A DNA stretch of 64,000 bases from an uncultured virus (IMG/VR IMGVR_UViG_3300027026_000009) (Duplodnaviria; Heunggongvirae; Uroviricota; Caudoviricetes). The stretch lies in IMG/VR virus record IMGVR_UViG_3300027026_000009, one strand, 5' to 3'. Within the stretch, counting starts at the first letter, position 1. The number at the start of each line of letters is the position of its first letter. The notes under the pieces were generated by a model. That model saw only the letters and a program-made list of their open reading frames with translations, was not told where the DNA came from and searched no databases. Position numbers and translations under genes: made by a program. This document shows positions 1-9,382 of this stretch, in pieces.

Positions 1-268
1 CAGGTGGGCGGGGGGCAAACACATCACAAAAGACCAGTTCCCTTCCCATGAAAATTTTCTTTTTGTTTTGGTTTGGGATTGGTCTGATAGAAGTGGTTTG
101 GAATCTCATTCAATGCCGACATATCTCGTTGCTCTCGCCAGAACTAGACATGGAACGAATGGTAAGTCGTGAAAAAGAAGAAGTGCGCTTAGATGTCCTT
201 ATTTTAAATAATCGATTAACGGTATAATAAAAAAGATGTAGTTATTTCGTACAATGAAAGTTTTTTCT

Positions 269-290
269 TAACTTGCGATCGTAATCAAAA
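269..290 (+). promoter_or_regulatory. Early-class promoter (-7 box variant plus GTAATCAAAA leader)
   Basis: TAACTTGC-4nt-GTAATCAAAA, the same layout as at 7712, 10534, 12178 and 63263. Confidence 0.6.
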
Positions 291-294
291 CATT

Positions 295-519
295 TTGGAA
301 AAATCTAATCACATTACGGTAGAAGAAATGGAAGCGTTTTTTAAGGACGTTGACTTCACAGACGACATTATTGAACTAAATGAGTGTACTAATGTCATTA
401 ATCTAAAAAAGTTTGTTACATCGCATCTGGAAGCTTTAAAAGCAAATAAAGGGAAGCGAATATTTTTGCCCTATTACAATAGGCTAGTCCAAGTGTATAA
501 AATGTATAAAAATGAATAA
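295..519 (+). CDS. Small Bacteroidota-type phage protein (DUF6965-like)
   Basis: Motifs I.LN.C..V.NLKKFV.SHL and F.PYY.RL; lies just downstream of a promoter. Confidence 0.55.
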   Translation: MEKSNHITVEEMEAFFKDVDFTDDIIELNECTNVINLKKFVTSHLEALKANKGKRIFLPYYNRLVQVYKMYKNE

Positions 520-667
520 AAGTTTATTTAAAATCAAGACCTATTCAGATTCAATAGTATTCGATAAAGAAGAATATGTAGTTGCTGAAAGTTATTCTGC
601 GGTCGGAAAAAAATACCCAGAGGTGGATAGTATTGAGTTAATTCAAAAAGAAATAAAAATATTGTAA
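512..667 (+). CDS. Hypothetical 51-aa protein (not in ORF track)
   Basis: ATG 512 to TAA 667 (MNKSLFKIKT...), fills the gap between neighbours. Confidence 0.6.
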   Translation: MNKSLFKIKTYSDSIVFDKEEYVVAESYSAVGKKYPEVDSIELIQKEIKIL

Positions 668-669
668 TT

Positions 670-1065
670 ATGACAGAGTATCAAGCAAGAGAAATGGGAA
701 AGGCGTTTCTAAGAAAAGCACAAGAAGCCACTGGCGGTACATGGTATCTTAGAGTGTGGAATAATTGTGGTTGGCACTATCAATTATATAACGGTAGGCT
801 TAACCTAAGTGAGCGTAGAGAACGTGACACTGGTAAGTTCTATTATACCATCTTAATATCTAACGACAATGAAACTAAAACTGCGGGTGCGGGCTACTAT
901 CCTATACCTAAAGGTTATGACATTGCTGAAGTTGTCGCTATCGGTATCACTAAAGCTTTAGAAATCGAAAAGGAACGCTATGAGTTGGCGCAAGAAAACT
1001 TTGAGATTTTTGACGAACAAAAGCTAAAGGACACAATGTTTAAAATGTTAGAGAATGCTGAATAG
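670..1065 (+). CDS. Hypothetical protein
   Basis: Tightly packed operon ORF. Confidence 0.7.
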   Translation: MTEYQAREMGKAFLRKAQEATGGTWYLRVWNNCGWHYQLYNGRLNLSERRERDTGKFYYTILISNDNETKTAGAGYYPIPKGYDIAEVVAIGITKALEIEKERYELAQENFEIFDEQKLKDTMFKMLENAE

Positions 1066-1390
1066 AATTAAATCTCTGTTCTGCCGTCACCAATTTCAAT
1101 TGGACGGTAAACGACATTCGACCTATGACAAAGACACAAAGCGTCTGGTGCTATACACCAACAAAGTTTGTTCTAAATGTAATACCACTAAGAGGTTGAC
1201 AGTTGACAAAAGATTATTGGTTCTTGATTTTAACGATATTCTGGCGGTGCTTAGGAACTGTAAGACCAGAAATGACATTTTACGTGTAAGCAATTACATT
1301 GACTACACCATTGAAGCTTATAATGCTCAACAAGCAAGGCTACTGTTTACGATTATTACCCAACGATTAAACTTAATACGAAATGGATAA
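1055..1390 (+). CDS. Hypothetical protein with possible Zn site (C.H...CxxC)
   Basis: LFCRHQF ... CSKC; overlaps neighbours. Confidence 0.6.
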   Translation: MLNRIKSLFCRHQFQLDGKRHSTYDKDTKRLVLYTNKVCSKCNTTKRLTVDKRLLVLDFNDILAVLRNCKTRNDILRVSNYIDYTIEAYNAQQARLLFTIITQRLNLIRNG

Positions 1391-1760
1391 ATACAAGCAA
1401 TTTTTACAAGCACTGGAAGAACGGAAAAATCAAGACGTTCTTTCCAAAGATGAATTTGAAATGTTAGTTAAAATTGCCATCATGTCTGACAGCGACTTTA
1501 ACGAAATGTACAGTGCAATTCAAGAAGAAGATGGTGCATGGTCACTAACAGCTTTTGATAAGCACTGCGAACTAAGCGGAATCTACATAGATAAACGTGC
1601 AAGGTTTATAATTTTTTACGTGTGTGAATCCGCTATCGGTAAGATGGTAAAAGCTTTAAAAATAATAACGGACTATTGTGAAGCCGAAGGAATAAACAAA
1701 GTGACTTACGAAACTTTTTATCAAAAAATATTTGCCCATGGCTTCGACAGAATCAAATAA
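1383..1760 (+). CDS. Hypothetical protein
   Basis: Operon ORF. Confidence 0.65.
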   Translation: MDKYKQFLQALEERKNQDVLSKDEFEMLVKIAIMSDSDFNEMYSAIQEEDGAWSLTAFDKHCELSGIYIDKRARFIIFYVCESAIGKMVKALKIITDYCEAEGINKVTYETFYQKIFAHGFDRIK

Positions 1761-2055
1761 GTTACCGTGCATGAACAAACCGTGCGCTAATTGCCCTTTC
1801 AGAAAAGACACTTTAAAAGGTTGGCTAGGTGCTAGAAGAATGACTGAAATAATTAAAGCTGAATCTTTTGTTTGTCACAAAACAACTAGCGGAAAACAAA
1901 TCGAAAGAAAACAATGTGCGGGTCATATGCTTCTTTTAACGTACAATAATGAGTTTTATAGGTTGGCGAAGCGATTGTTACCTAATTTTAATTTAACTGG
2001 TAGAGAACTGGTTTTTGATAGTGTTACGGACGCAATAAAACATCATAGAAAATGA
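1732..2055 (+). CDS. Cys-rich phage protein (DUF6283-like)
   Basis: PCANCPFR, FVCH and QCAG motifs. Confidence 0.6.
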   Translation: MPMASTESNKLPCMNKPCANCPFRKDTLKGWLGARRMTEIIKAESFVCHKTTSGKQIERKQCAGHMLLLTYNNEFYRLAKRLLPNFNLTGRELVFDSVTDAIKHHRK

Positions 2056-2351
2056 AAATATTTGAATTTGATTGGGGCGATGAAACGGACTGGTGGTGTG
2101 ACCATGACCTAAAATCCGCTAAAGAACATTACATAAGTTTTACTGGCTGTAATGACCTTGATGGGTGTAAGGTTTCAGAAGTTACAGAAGAAGAATGTAA
2201 AAAAGCTGTCATAATCGATATTAATGATTATGATCCAGACCGTGAGGATGATGACGAACTTTATTTTGGTGGCTACAAAATCATACAATCCTTTAGTGAT
2301 TATTTAAAAACTGCAACCGTGCCAGATATGGTTGCCACAACAGCATTTTAA
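2052..2351 (+). CDS. Hypothetical acidic protein
   Basis: Operon ORF. Confidence 0.65.
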   Translation: MKIFEFDWGDETDWWCDHDLKSAKEHYISFTGCNDLDGCKVSEVTEEECKKAVIIDINDYDPDREDDDELYFGGYKIIQSFSDYLKTATVPDMVATTAF

Positions 2352-2362
2352 TTATAAAAGTT

Positions 2363-2866
2363 ATGACAATATTAATGTACCTCGTTCTAAGTTTTGGTGT
2401 CAGCCTAATATTTATTTTTTACTTCTTTGTTTATAGGAAGGATAAACAAAAGTCTAGTAAATCTTTCTTTGATCCAATTAACACTGGCGCACTTCCAGAG
2501 AGGGAAGCGCAAATGTTAAGGCTAATAAACCATTACCGTTTGCTAAACAAAAGAAGGGAATTATTGGCAGAAGCTAACCATCAGTATATGGCGGAAATGC
2601 GATATGATTTTCAATGTGAAAACCTCAACGGAATATCTCATAATCTTTTTTACTACCATGCCAAATACCTCTATCGTGTCGGTATAAAAAAATGTGCTGA
2701 AAATCTAGGATATGACTTTGCTAGTGTTGACAGTGCTTTTAGAGCGTTTAAAGAAAGTAAAAAGCATAACGCTAATATGCTAGATAAAAAATGGAAATAT
2801 GTCGGTATAGTATGCGACAAGAACAAAAAAGACAAGGAAATATACGTTCTGGTCTTTGGCTATTAA
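2363..2866 (+). CDS. Membrane-anchored CAP (SCP-like) domain protein
   Basis: N-terminal TM; LINHYR, ISH, AENLG, S..HNANML, VGI CAP motifs. Confidence 0.8.
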   Translation: MTILMYLVLSFGVSLIFIFYFFVYRKDKQKSSKSFFDPINTGALPEREAQMLRLINHYRLLNKRRELLAEANHQYMAEMRYDFQCENLNGISHNLFYYHAKYLYRVGIKKCAENLGYDFASVDSAFRAFKESKKHNANMLDKKWKYVGIVCDKNKKDKEIYVLVFGY

Positions 2867-2894
2867 AATTTATAAAACTCAATAATCTTAAATT

Positions 2895-3143
2895 ATGAAA
2901 AATCAAATGGACAATTCAATTGACACTAAAATCGTAAAATTTGGTAAGCGGGAAGCTGAAATACTTAAAGCTTTACGAGACGGATTAAGAAATAGGGAAA
3001 TTGCTAAACGTTTAGACATTAATCAAAAAACCGTTTCTACTTACATAGGTAGGGCAAAAGAAAAATTAGGTCTTTCAAAAAAGGACAACACTTATAAGCT
3101 AGTTGTATATGCTTTGCCTTCATTAGAAATTAACCATAAATAA
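2895..3143 (+). CDS. LuxR/GerE-type HTH regulator
   Basis: REAEIL..L.DGL.NREIAKRL.I.QKTV.TY..R..EKLGL. Confidence 0.85.
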   Translation: MKNQMDNSIDTKIVKFGKREAEILKALRDGLRNREIAKRLDINQKTVSTYIGRAKEKLGLSKKDNTYKLVVYALPSLEINHK

Positions 3144-3152
3144 AATAGAACC

Positions 3153-3707
3153 ATGAAAAAACTATTATTATCAATTGCGGTCTTGGTCATTGCGACCTCA
3201 ACCGTTTTTGGACAATCCAGAAAAAACAGACAGATAAATCCCCATAATTGGTTTATCGGTATAGGGCAAGACGTGAAAATGTCTTTTGAAGGTGCGCACG
3301 GTGCGGGCGGTCAGCTTAATCCAGAAATTGTAGGCGGTGTTGATTTTGAACACTGGCGATTTAGTATGAAGTACGAATGGTATTCGTCAATACAGTACCG
3401 TAAATGGACGGTTATTGCGGTTGACTATAAACCAAGGTTCTTGCTAGACGCTATTGGTTTTGGTAAGAATTGGGAAACATTAATAGGTGGTGAGTTCAAT
3501 GTCATCTACCGTTATGATTCAGTACCAGATATTTATGACGATAACTGGTCAGTAGGGGCGAATGCCGAGACAATCTACTGGTTTGGCGACCATTTGGGTC
3601 TTGGTGCGCAGTACAACGTCTTTACGGCTGAAGCTTATGATAATTTCGGTAACGAAATGAAGAACTGGCGACAAGATGTTAGGATTAACCTTTATTTTAA
3701 GTTTTAG
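3153..3707 (+). CDS. Outer-membrane beta-barrel protein
   Basis: Sec signal peptide, amphipathic beta strands, C-terminal LYFKF beta-signal. Confidence 0.7.
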   Translation: MKKLLLSIAVLVIATSTVFGQSRKNRQINPHNWFIGIGQDVKMSFEGAHGAGGQLNPEIVGGVDFEHWRFSMKYEWYSSIQYRKWTVIAVDYKPRFLLDAIGFGKNWETLIGGEFNVIYRYDSVPDIYDDNWSVGANAETIYWFGDHLGLGAQYNVFTAEAYDNFGNEMKNWRQDVRINLYFKF

Positions 3708-3711
3708 ATAT

Positions 3712-4098
3712 ATGTACGTATTTATTAAAACAGAACCGAAGCTATGGACGGTCGGACATTATGACGCAAAAGGAAACTGGTTTGCGGAAAGCGACCACGA
3801 AAGCCCAGAAGAAGCCAGTAAGCGGGTGTCGTTTTTAAACGGTAATAGCCAATCGGAAGCTATCGACTGGAAAAAGACAAGGATTCATTACATACATGAA
3901 ACGAATAGCGGTGTAGGTCTGGTAAAAGCCAATATCAGAATTGCCAAGCGGTATCTTGACCTTTACAAAAAAGAGCAAATCAATCTTAACACTTTAGTTG
4001 AAGAAATGGAAGAAAGTTTTAAACGTGCGCTCAATGGTGTCCAAAAGATAAAGGATAGCCAAGACTACATCTATACGAAAATAGAGAATTTAAAGTAA
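3712..4098 (+). CDS. Hypothetical phage protein
   Basis: Likely start at 3712 (MYVFIKTEPKLWTVGHY...ESDH). Confidence 0.65.
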   Translation: MYVFIKTEPKLWTVGHYDAKGNWFAESDHESPEEASKRVSFLNGNSQSEAIDWKKTRIHYIHETNSGVGLVKANIRIAKRYLDLYKKEQINLNTLVEEMEESFKRALNGVQKIKDSQDYIYTKIENLK

Positions 4099-4208
4099 TG
4101 GTAATTATATGCAAAAAGGTATAATTTTATTGAAACGACCATTAGTATATCTAAAAACATATAATCGGATTTTTTCCGATTAAGTAATTAAATTATAACA
4201 CTAAAATT

Positions 4209-4478
4209 ATGAGAAACCCAAAATTTGTCTTGAAAAAGACCAGTGACAATCAGTTCCATTTCACCTTGCAAGCAAAGAACGGTGAAACAGTTGCTCAAAG
4301 CGAAACTTACACCTCAAAACAGAATGCCATAAAAGGTATTCATTCCGTAGTTGAAACTTGCGTGTTTTTTAAGCTTATAGACCAATTGATGCCAAATTAT
4401 ACTGAAGAACAGTATGAACAAGAAACAGAGCCGTTAAACATGGACTATGTAAACCAATTTATTGAAGATTTAACGTAA
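4209..4478 (+). CDS. YegP/DUF1508-family protein
   Basis: F.LKK...QFHFTL.AKNGETVAQSETY.SK.NA.KGI.SV. Confidence 0.8.
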   Translation: MRNPKFVLKKTSDNQFHFTLQAKNGETVAQSETYTSKQNAIKGIHSVVETCVFFKLIDQLMPNYTEEQYEQETEPLNMDYVNQFIEDLT

Positions 4479-4486
4479 TAACAGTT

Positions 4487-4855
4487 ATGAACGAATATTT
4501 AAAAGGCAACCTTGTAATGTATAATGGCGTGATCCGTGTGGTTCACAGCACCGATAATGTTCATGCTGTCTATTTAAAAAGAAAAAATGGAAGGATTGAA
4601 AGGGCTAATTTAATAAATTGTAAGCCAGTTGGTATCAATGCCGATACGTGCGAAATGATAGGTATGAAATTGGATGACCAAGAGTGTTATTCCATATGGA
4701 TTAATGACCTCTTATATTCTTTTTACTTGCCAGACCATGAATTTTGCTTTGGGCAAGGTATGAACTTTAGCCAACCACTGCGTATTTACGAATTGCACCG
4801 CCTTCAGAACGCAATATATTTTTTAACCAATAAAATGTTGACATATGAGCAATAA
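4487..4855 (+). CDS. Hypothetical phage protein
   Basis: C-terminal YELHRLQNAIYFLT motif; operon ORF. Confidence 0.65.
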   Translation: MNEYLKGNLVMYNGVIRVVHSTDNVHAVYLKRKNGRIERANLINCKPVGINADTCEMIGMKLDDQECYSIWINDLLYSFYLPDHEFCFGQGMNFSQPLRIYELHRLQNAIYFLTNKMLTYEQ

Positions 4856-5126
4856 GATTCCAGTGCAAATGATAATCACCGAACTGGACGGTGTGCCAGA
4901 ACATATCGAGGTAAAAATCCACGAGGACAAACCTAGATACCCGAACGATTTAAAACTTGTGGATTATGATTACACCTTTTTGCAATTTGTAAATTCACCT
5001 TCCAAAGATGAATACAATGACGAGTGGTATGTGGAGAGAAATTGTCAGTATGACGCTTATTTAATCAATGGTAAGGTTGTAGCGGACGCTGTGGTGACTT
5101 TTAAACCTATTGACCAAGATGGATAA
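4845..5126 (+). CDS. Hypothetical protein
   Basis: Operon ORF. Confidence 0.6.
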   Translation: MSNKIPVQMIITELDGVPEHIEVKIHEDKPRYPNDLKLVDYDYTFLQFVNSPSKDEYNDEWYVERNCQYDAYLINGKVVADAVVTFKPIDQDG

Positions 5127-5352
5127 GCAAGTGACCAAGAAACAGCTAGAAGAAGCTTGTGCTTTGATTTTAAAGTATAAGCTAGGATCAACATCGCTTT
5201 TACAGCGTAAGATGAAATTAAGCTACCGTATGGCTTCGGCTATAATGCTAAAACTTGAACAGCTAAAAATAGTAAGTGAGTTTGGTGGTGGTAAGCCGAG
5301 AAAAATTCTTAAAAACGAAATCGAAATAAACGAAATCTTAAAGCAGTTATGA
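5119..5352 (+). CDS. Stand-alone FtsK gamma (winged-helix) domain
   Basis: GSTSLLQRKMKLSYRMA...LEQ..IVS...G.KPRKIL matches FtsK-gamma. Confidence 0.85.
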   Translation: MDKQVTKKQLEEACALILKYKLGSTSLLQRKMKLSYRMASAIMLKLEQLKIVSEFGGGKPRKILKNEIEINEILKQL

Positions 5353-5645
5353 AACTATTTAACAATACACTTAATAAACTTAGTCGGGATGCCTTTTACA
5401 AAAAAAGTTATAGCCAACTGGTTATTGACTTAATCGATGATGTTGAAGAACTATGTTCACTTGAAGAACTAGAGCATAGCCACGAAAATAACCTCAACGA
5501 ACGTTTGGGTGCAAAGATTTATTTAATCAACAATATTATTGAAGTGATAAATCCAAAAATGAAAGAGGATAAGTACGCCCTAAAGCTAATGGTTGAAATT
5601 TTAACTAAGCGACAAAAGACAGTAAATTTAATTTCTAAATATTAG
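5349..5645 (+). CDS. Hypothetical protein
   Basis: Operon ORF. Confidence 0.6.
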   Translation: MKLFNNTLNKLSRDAFYKKSYSQLVIDLIDDVEELCSLEELEHSHENNLNERLGAKIYLINNIIEVINPKMKEDKYALKLMVEILTKRQKTVNLISKY

Positions 5646-5812
5646 TTGCGGTTACAAAAATATTGTTGTAGAAATCGGGGATGAAAAATCGGTTTTAGAA
5701 ATTTACATCACCGATTTTATTGAAAAATATTTTTATAGCCTAGCGACAAAGGACGGTAAAGGTTGTTTGTAAATTTATATTACACTATAATTTTTTTTGC
5801 TATATTTGACTT

Positions 5813-5942
5813 CCGTTAAGTTTTTTTTCATGGTTATCGGAATTTGACATATAAACTAGAGTAGTTTATTTTGTTCATGGATTAATTGAATGGATTAATT
5901 AATTAGTAGAAGCGAGAATGAGGGTTCTCGCTTCTTTTTTTT
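5813..5942 (+). ncRNA. Candidate small RNA 3 (anti-start-codon seeds)
   Basis: TATATTTG at 5801-5808; no plausible ORF; three U-rich CAU motifs; terminator 5908-5942. Confidence 0.5.
5908..5942 (+). terminator. Rho-independent terminator
   Basis: AGAAGCGAGAA/TTCTCGCTTCT stem followed by a T-tract. Confidence 0.85.
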
Positions 5943-6008
5943 GCTATATGTCGGCATTGACCGTTGTAACTGTTTGATTTTTATTATTTTTATAGCAAAA
6001 TCAAAGAC

Positions 6009-6971
6009 ATGAAAAAACTAATTTTCCTTTTCGCACTAATTACAACCTCTCTTGTTACATCCCAAGTACAGCCAGTTTCAAACTTGGTTCGAGAAAAACT
6101 AAACATACAAGGCGAAATAAACCAAAAATTTGACCTCAACATCTTTCAGCAATTGGATGGTAACGACCAGTGGTTAAGGGGGCAGATAAGCCAATTGAAC
6201 GCTAACTACAATGCAATTTTGTTTACCCTTGAAGAAATGCAGTCGCAAATAGACAGTCTGCAAGTGGGCGGTTCTGGCAATGTAGATTCATCGGTATTGG
6301 CACGTCTGGCAGATCTGGAAGCGCAAAATCAAATAATACTGGACAGTCTTGATTCCTATAAGTTGCAGATAAGCAGTTTGCAGACACAAAATAATTTACA
6401 GTCCGAAGCTTTATGGAACTTACGTTATCGAGCCGACAGCGACAGTATAAAAATTTCGGTTATGAACAATCGTTTAGATAATGTTAACAACACTGTAAAT
6501 ACCATTCTTAGGGATGAAATAGAGGTCGTTTGCTCAAATTGCTCACAAAGCCAACAGCCAGTCAACCTAATAGACTTTGATTCCATTTCATATGCGAACG
6601 AAGGTTTTTCTTTTGCGAACAACGAGATTTTGTACGATGGAAGCGGTGCTGATTATGGTTACATAAACTTTAAGCTGAAGCAAAATTTAAAGGTAGGTAA
6701 TGAAGCGGTGTTTTTATTTGATTTAATGCCGACATCTGGAACTCCGACCGTCAGCCTATGGATGTACTATGACCCAGACGACCCAAATTCGGCAAATGTT
6801 GACAGCCCTAAGATTACTGGTGAAGAAAATTACTCTGGTGAAATTGTATTGCCATATACCGAAACTGGTGTTGATCGCAATAAGCTTGGAATTAGGGCTA
6901 GAAATACAGCCAATGGTGGCGGAAGCTTTGTGATAAAGAACCTTAGATTAGTAAAAACCAACAGTAATTGA
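6009..6971 (+). CDS. Secreted coiled-coil protein with C-terminal beta-sandwich (CBM-like) domain
   Basis: Signal peptide, long heptad region, CxxC, beta-rich C-terminus. Confidence 0.6.
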   Translation: MKKLIFLFALITTSLVTSQVQPVSNLVREKLNIQGEINQKFDLNIFQQLDGNDQWLRGQISQLNANYNAILFTLEEMQSQIDSLQVGGSGNVDSSVLARLADLEAQNQIILDSLDSYKLQISSLQTQNNLQSEALWNLRYRADSDSIKISVMNNRLDNVNNTVNTILRDEIEVVCSNCSQSQQPVNLIDFDSISYANEGFSFANNEILYDGSGADYGYINFKLKQNLKVGNEAVFLFDLMPTSGTPTVSLWMYYDPDDPNSANVDSPKITGEENYSGEIVLPYTETGVDRNKLGIRARNTANGGGSFVIKNLRLVKTNSN

Positions 6972-7013
6972 GATAAAATCGGTTAAGGTTGGTAAAACCC
7001 AACAGCAATTCAA

Positions 7014-7313
7014 ATGACAATAAATCAACGAAGGACAAAAATCAATAACTTTTTCAACAAATGTTTTAGGAAATGTTGGGATGTGAGCCATGCTCGTATC
7101 GAACGTTACTTTAAGGACGAAATCAACCGAACTATGGTAGAGATAGTTGCGGTTCGCAAATATGACAAAATTCATGGTGCTAGAATCAATTATAGGGAAT
7201 GCGCAGAACTATTGCTTGAAGCTATGGATAAAATAGAGCAAAAACCTAAAATAGAGCAAATACGTAAAGAGCAAGAAAAAGAACAATTAGAATTTAATGC
7301 TATATTTGAATAG
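7014..7313 (+). CDS. Hypothetical protein
   Basis: ORF. Confidence 0.55.
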   Translation: MTINQRRTKINNFFNKCFRKCWDVSHARIERYFKDEINRTMVEIVAVRKYDKIHGARINYRECAELLLEAMDKIEQKPKIEQIRKEQEKEQLEFNAIFE

Positions 7314-7336
7314 TATAATTACAAAACCTACTTATT

Positions 7337-7600
7337 ATGGATTTTTTTAAAGACCACACTGGTAAGCCAAGCATGAAAAGAAAACTTGCATGGCGTAGTT
7401 TTATTTCAGCGCAGATTTTAGTGGTAGTTTTTATTTTCGCTTATGTTTATGCGACATTATCGGATAAAGACTTTACAGTACCTAATATACTTGAAAATGT
7501 ATTCTACACCTTTGTAGGTGCATCACTTACTTTTGCGGGCATCAATATCTCGGAATATTTTAGTAAATTAGCTAATAACAAAGAGGACAGCCCCAAATAG
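7337..7600 (+). CDS. Two-TM holin-like membrane protein
   Basis: Two TM helices, N-terminal FF.D..GK.S.KR, charged tail. Confidence 0.5.
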   Translation: MDFFKDHTGKPSMKRKLAWRSFISAQILVVVFIFAYVYATLSDKDFTVPNILENVFYTFVGASLTFAGINISEYFSKLANNKEDSPK

Positions 7601-7651
7601 ACCAAAATATTTTCCCTCTGCGAAAGGGAAGCCTTGCCCCCTCTCTACAAG

Positions 7652-7680
7652 AACCCGACAGTACATGGTCGGGTTTTTTT
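7652..7680 (+). terminator. Rho-independent terminator
   Basis: AACCCGAC/GTCGGGTT stem plus T-tract. Confidence 0.8.
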
Positions 7681-7696
7681 ATATTTCTTTTGATTT

Positions 7697-7734
7697 GTCA
7701 TACTTTTGACCTATTTTAGCAATTGTAATCAAAA
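7697..7734 (+). promoter_or_regulatory. Early-class promoter
   Basis: GTCATAC-TTTTGACC-TATTTTAG-5nt-GTAATCAAAA; near-identical to 12163-12199. Confidence 0.75.
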
Positions 7735-7743
7735 ACTTATACG

Positions 7744-7995
7744 ATGACTAAAAGAGAATTGAACCGTGACATCAAGCGTCTTGCCAAAAAATTTGTTAAA
7801 TGGCAAGAAGGCGACAAAAGCATATTAGAAGCAGACCTAAATTTAGAATTTCGCAGACTTTACCATGCAGATCGTGAAATGACAAATTTAAACAGAACCA
7901 GTATTCTACTAATGCTTAGAATGCAAAAATCCTTGCAGGTCATCCCCAATCATATTTTTGGGCTTTTTATCGAAATAGAAAAACTAATTAAATAA
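7744..7995 (+). CDS. Hypothetical protein
   Basis: Directly after a promoter. Confidence 0.7.
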   Translation: MTKRELNRDIKRLAKKFVKWQEGDKSILEADLNLEFRRLYHADREMTNLNRTSILLMLRMQKSLQVIPNHIFGLFIEIEKLIK

Positions 7996-8006
7996 TTGTA
8001 GTAACC

Positions 8007-9347
8007 ATGAAAAGTTATAAGAGAAAAATAAAGTCAACCGTTCTTAAACCGACTTTAGAAGTTGTGGAAAAATATAGGGTAAAGGGGCAAAGGTTTTATC
8101 TAAAGCAATTAAAAAGGTCGCTGAAGGAAGAAGGCGGGTATGTCTCTATTGTAGAGCAATTGCTTTACGATAAGTACATCTATAATCACAACTATACAAA
8201 ATTCTATTCTTTTTCAGAGCCAAATAAGCAATTTACACCAGAACTTATTAAAAAGCTTATTTTGGATAAAAGGGCAAGACACCTTAATTCAGTCAACCTT
8301 AAAAGAAAGGAAAAAGAGCAAGCCAAAGACAGTAATGAGAAAATATTAAATCCCATCAACGTATGTAAATCTCTAAAAACGCTTGAAAAAAAGGGTGAAT
8401 TTACTGAAGCTGAAATGGAAACTATATTCCGTAGCAATAATGTTCCAGAAGCTTTAGGTTTCCTTTTACTACACAATAATTTCATCGATGTCAAAAACAA
8501 AGGTGTAAAGTGGATTCAAAAAATAGATGTCAATTTAAAGATGGTCAATGCACTAATTAAAAAATTGGACGATTTCAATAAAATGACAAGCTATGAACTA
8601 AAAAGTTTGGACAGTATTGTTGATACCTACAATCAACTTGGTAAAGTAAACAGAGAATTGACTAAGACCAAGAATGACTTAAAAACGACAGAAACACTTC
8701 TGAAAAATGCAAATGAAAAAATCCATCAGTTAAAAGATGTTCTGTCAAAATCTGAAACAAATAGTGATAATGTAAATGCTCAAATTAAAAGCTATCAAGA
8801 GCAAATAGAAAATCTAAAACATTCTACCTATGTTCTTAAAGGACAAGTCTCGTATTACAAAAACAACCTAGAGATTGCTGAAGAAGAAATCCACAAGCTT
8901 AAAAACGAAAATTTCAAGCCTTTTGATAGCAATACAAAAGAAAGGGATTATACGAAGCCTAATGTAGATAAAAATGAACTAGAAAGCGAACTAGGCGACC
9001 CTTTTGAAAATAAAGATATAGTTAATAGAGAAAATCCAGAAATAATTGAAATTTACCAGATCCACGAACAGATTAAAGAACTAAAGGACGAAAACCAAAA
9101 GCTAAAAGAAGAAATCAAATATAAAAACGATGAAATTGAAGAAGGTAAGCGTGTTGAACAAGACCTTCGCAACGAAGTAGCCAGAAAAAATTTAGAAAAA
9201 AAAGGCTTTAATGCAGTCGATACTGATAAAGAAAATATTGAATTTATGGTTATGGATGAATTTGATTCCAGAAATACAACGAAAACCAAAAGATACAAGC
9301 TTAGGTTGTTTGGAAAAACTATCTTTGAGCGTGAAATAGTTCGATAA
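8007..9347 (+). CDS. Long coiled-coil protein
   Basis: Heptad-rich; shares a ~30-aa motif with 42270..43310. Confidence 0.75.
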   Translation: MKSYKRKIKSTVLKPTLEVVEKYRVKGQRFYLKQLKRSLKEEGGYVSIVEQLLYDKYIYNHNYTKFYSFSEPNKQFTPELIKKLILDKRARHLNSVNLKRKEKEQAKDSNEKILNPINVCKSLKTLEKKGEFTEAEMETIFRSNNVPEALGFLLLHNNFIDVKNKGVKWIQKIDVNLKMVNALIKKLDDFNKMTSYELKSLDSIVDTYNQLGKVNRELTKTKNDLKTTETLLKNANEKIHQLKDVLSKSETNSDNVNAQIKSYQEQIENLKHSTYVLKGQVSYYKNNLEIAEEEIHKLKNENFKPFDSNTKERDYTKPNVDKNELESELGDPFENKDIVNRENPEIIEIYQIHEQIKELKDENQKLKEEIKYKNDEIEEGKRVEQDLRNEVARKNLEKKGFNAVDTDKENIEFMVMDEFDSRNTTKTKRYKLRLFGKTIFEREIVR

Positions 9348-9382
9348 TTGGTTCAGTTTGTGTACAAAGCGATAAAATAAGA

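Noticed and set aside
1..172. Possible 3' end of a gene entering the window
   Set aside because: Frame 2 is open to 172 but has no recognisable motif; cannot be supported
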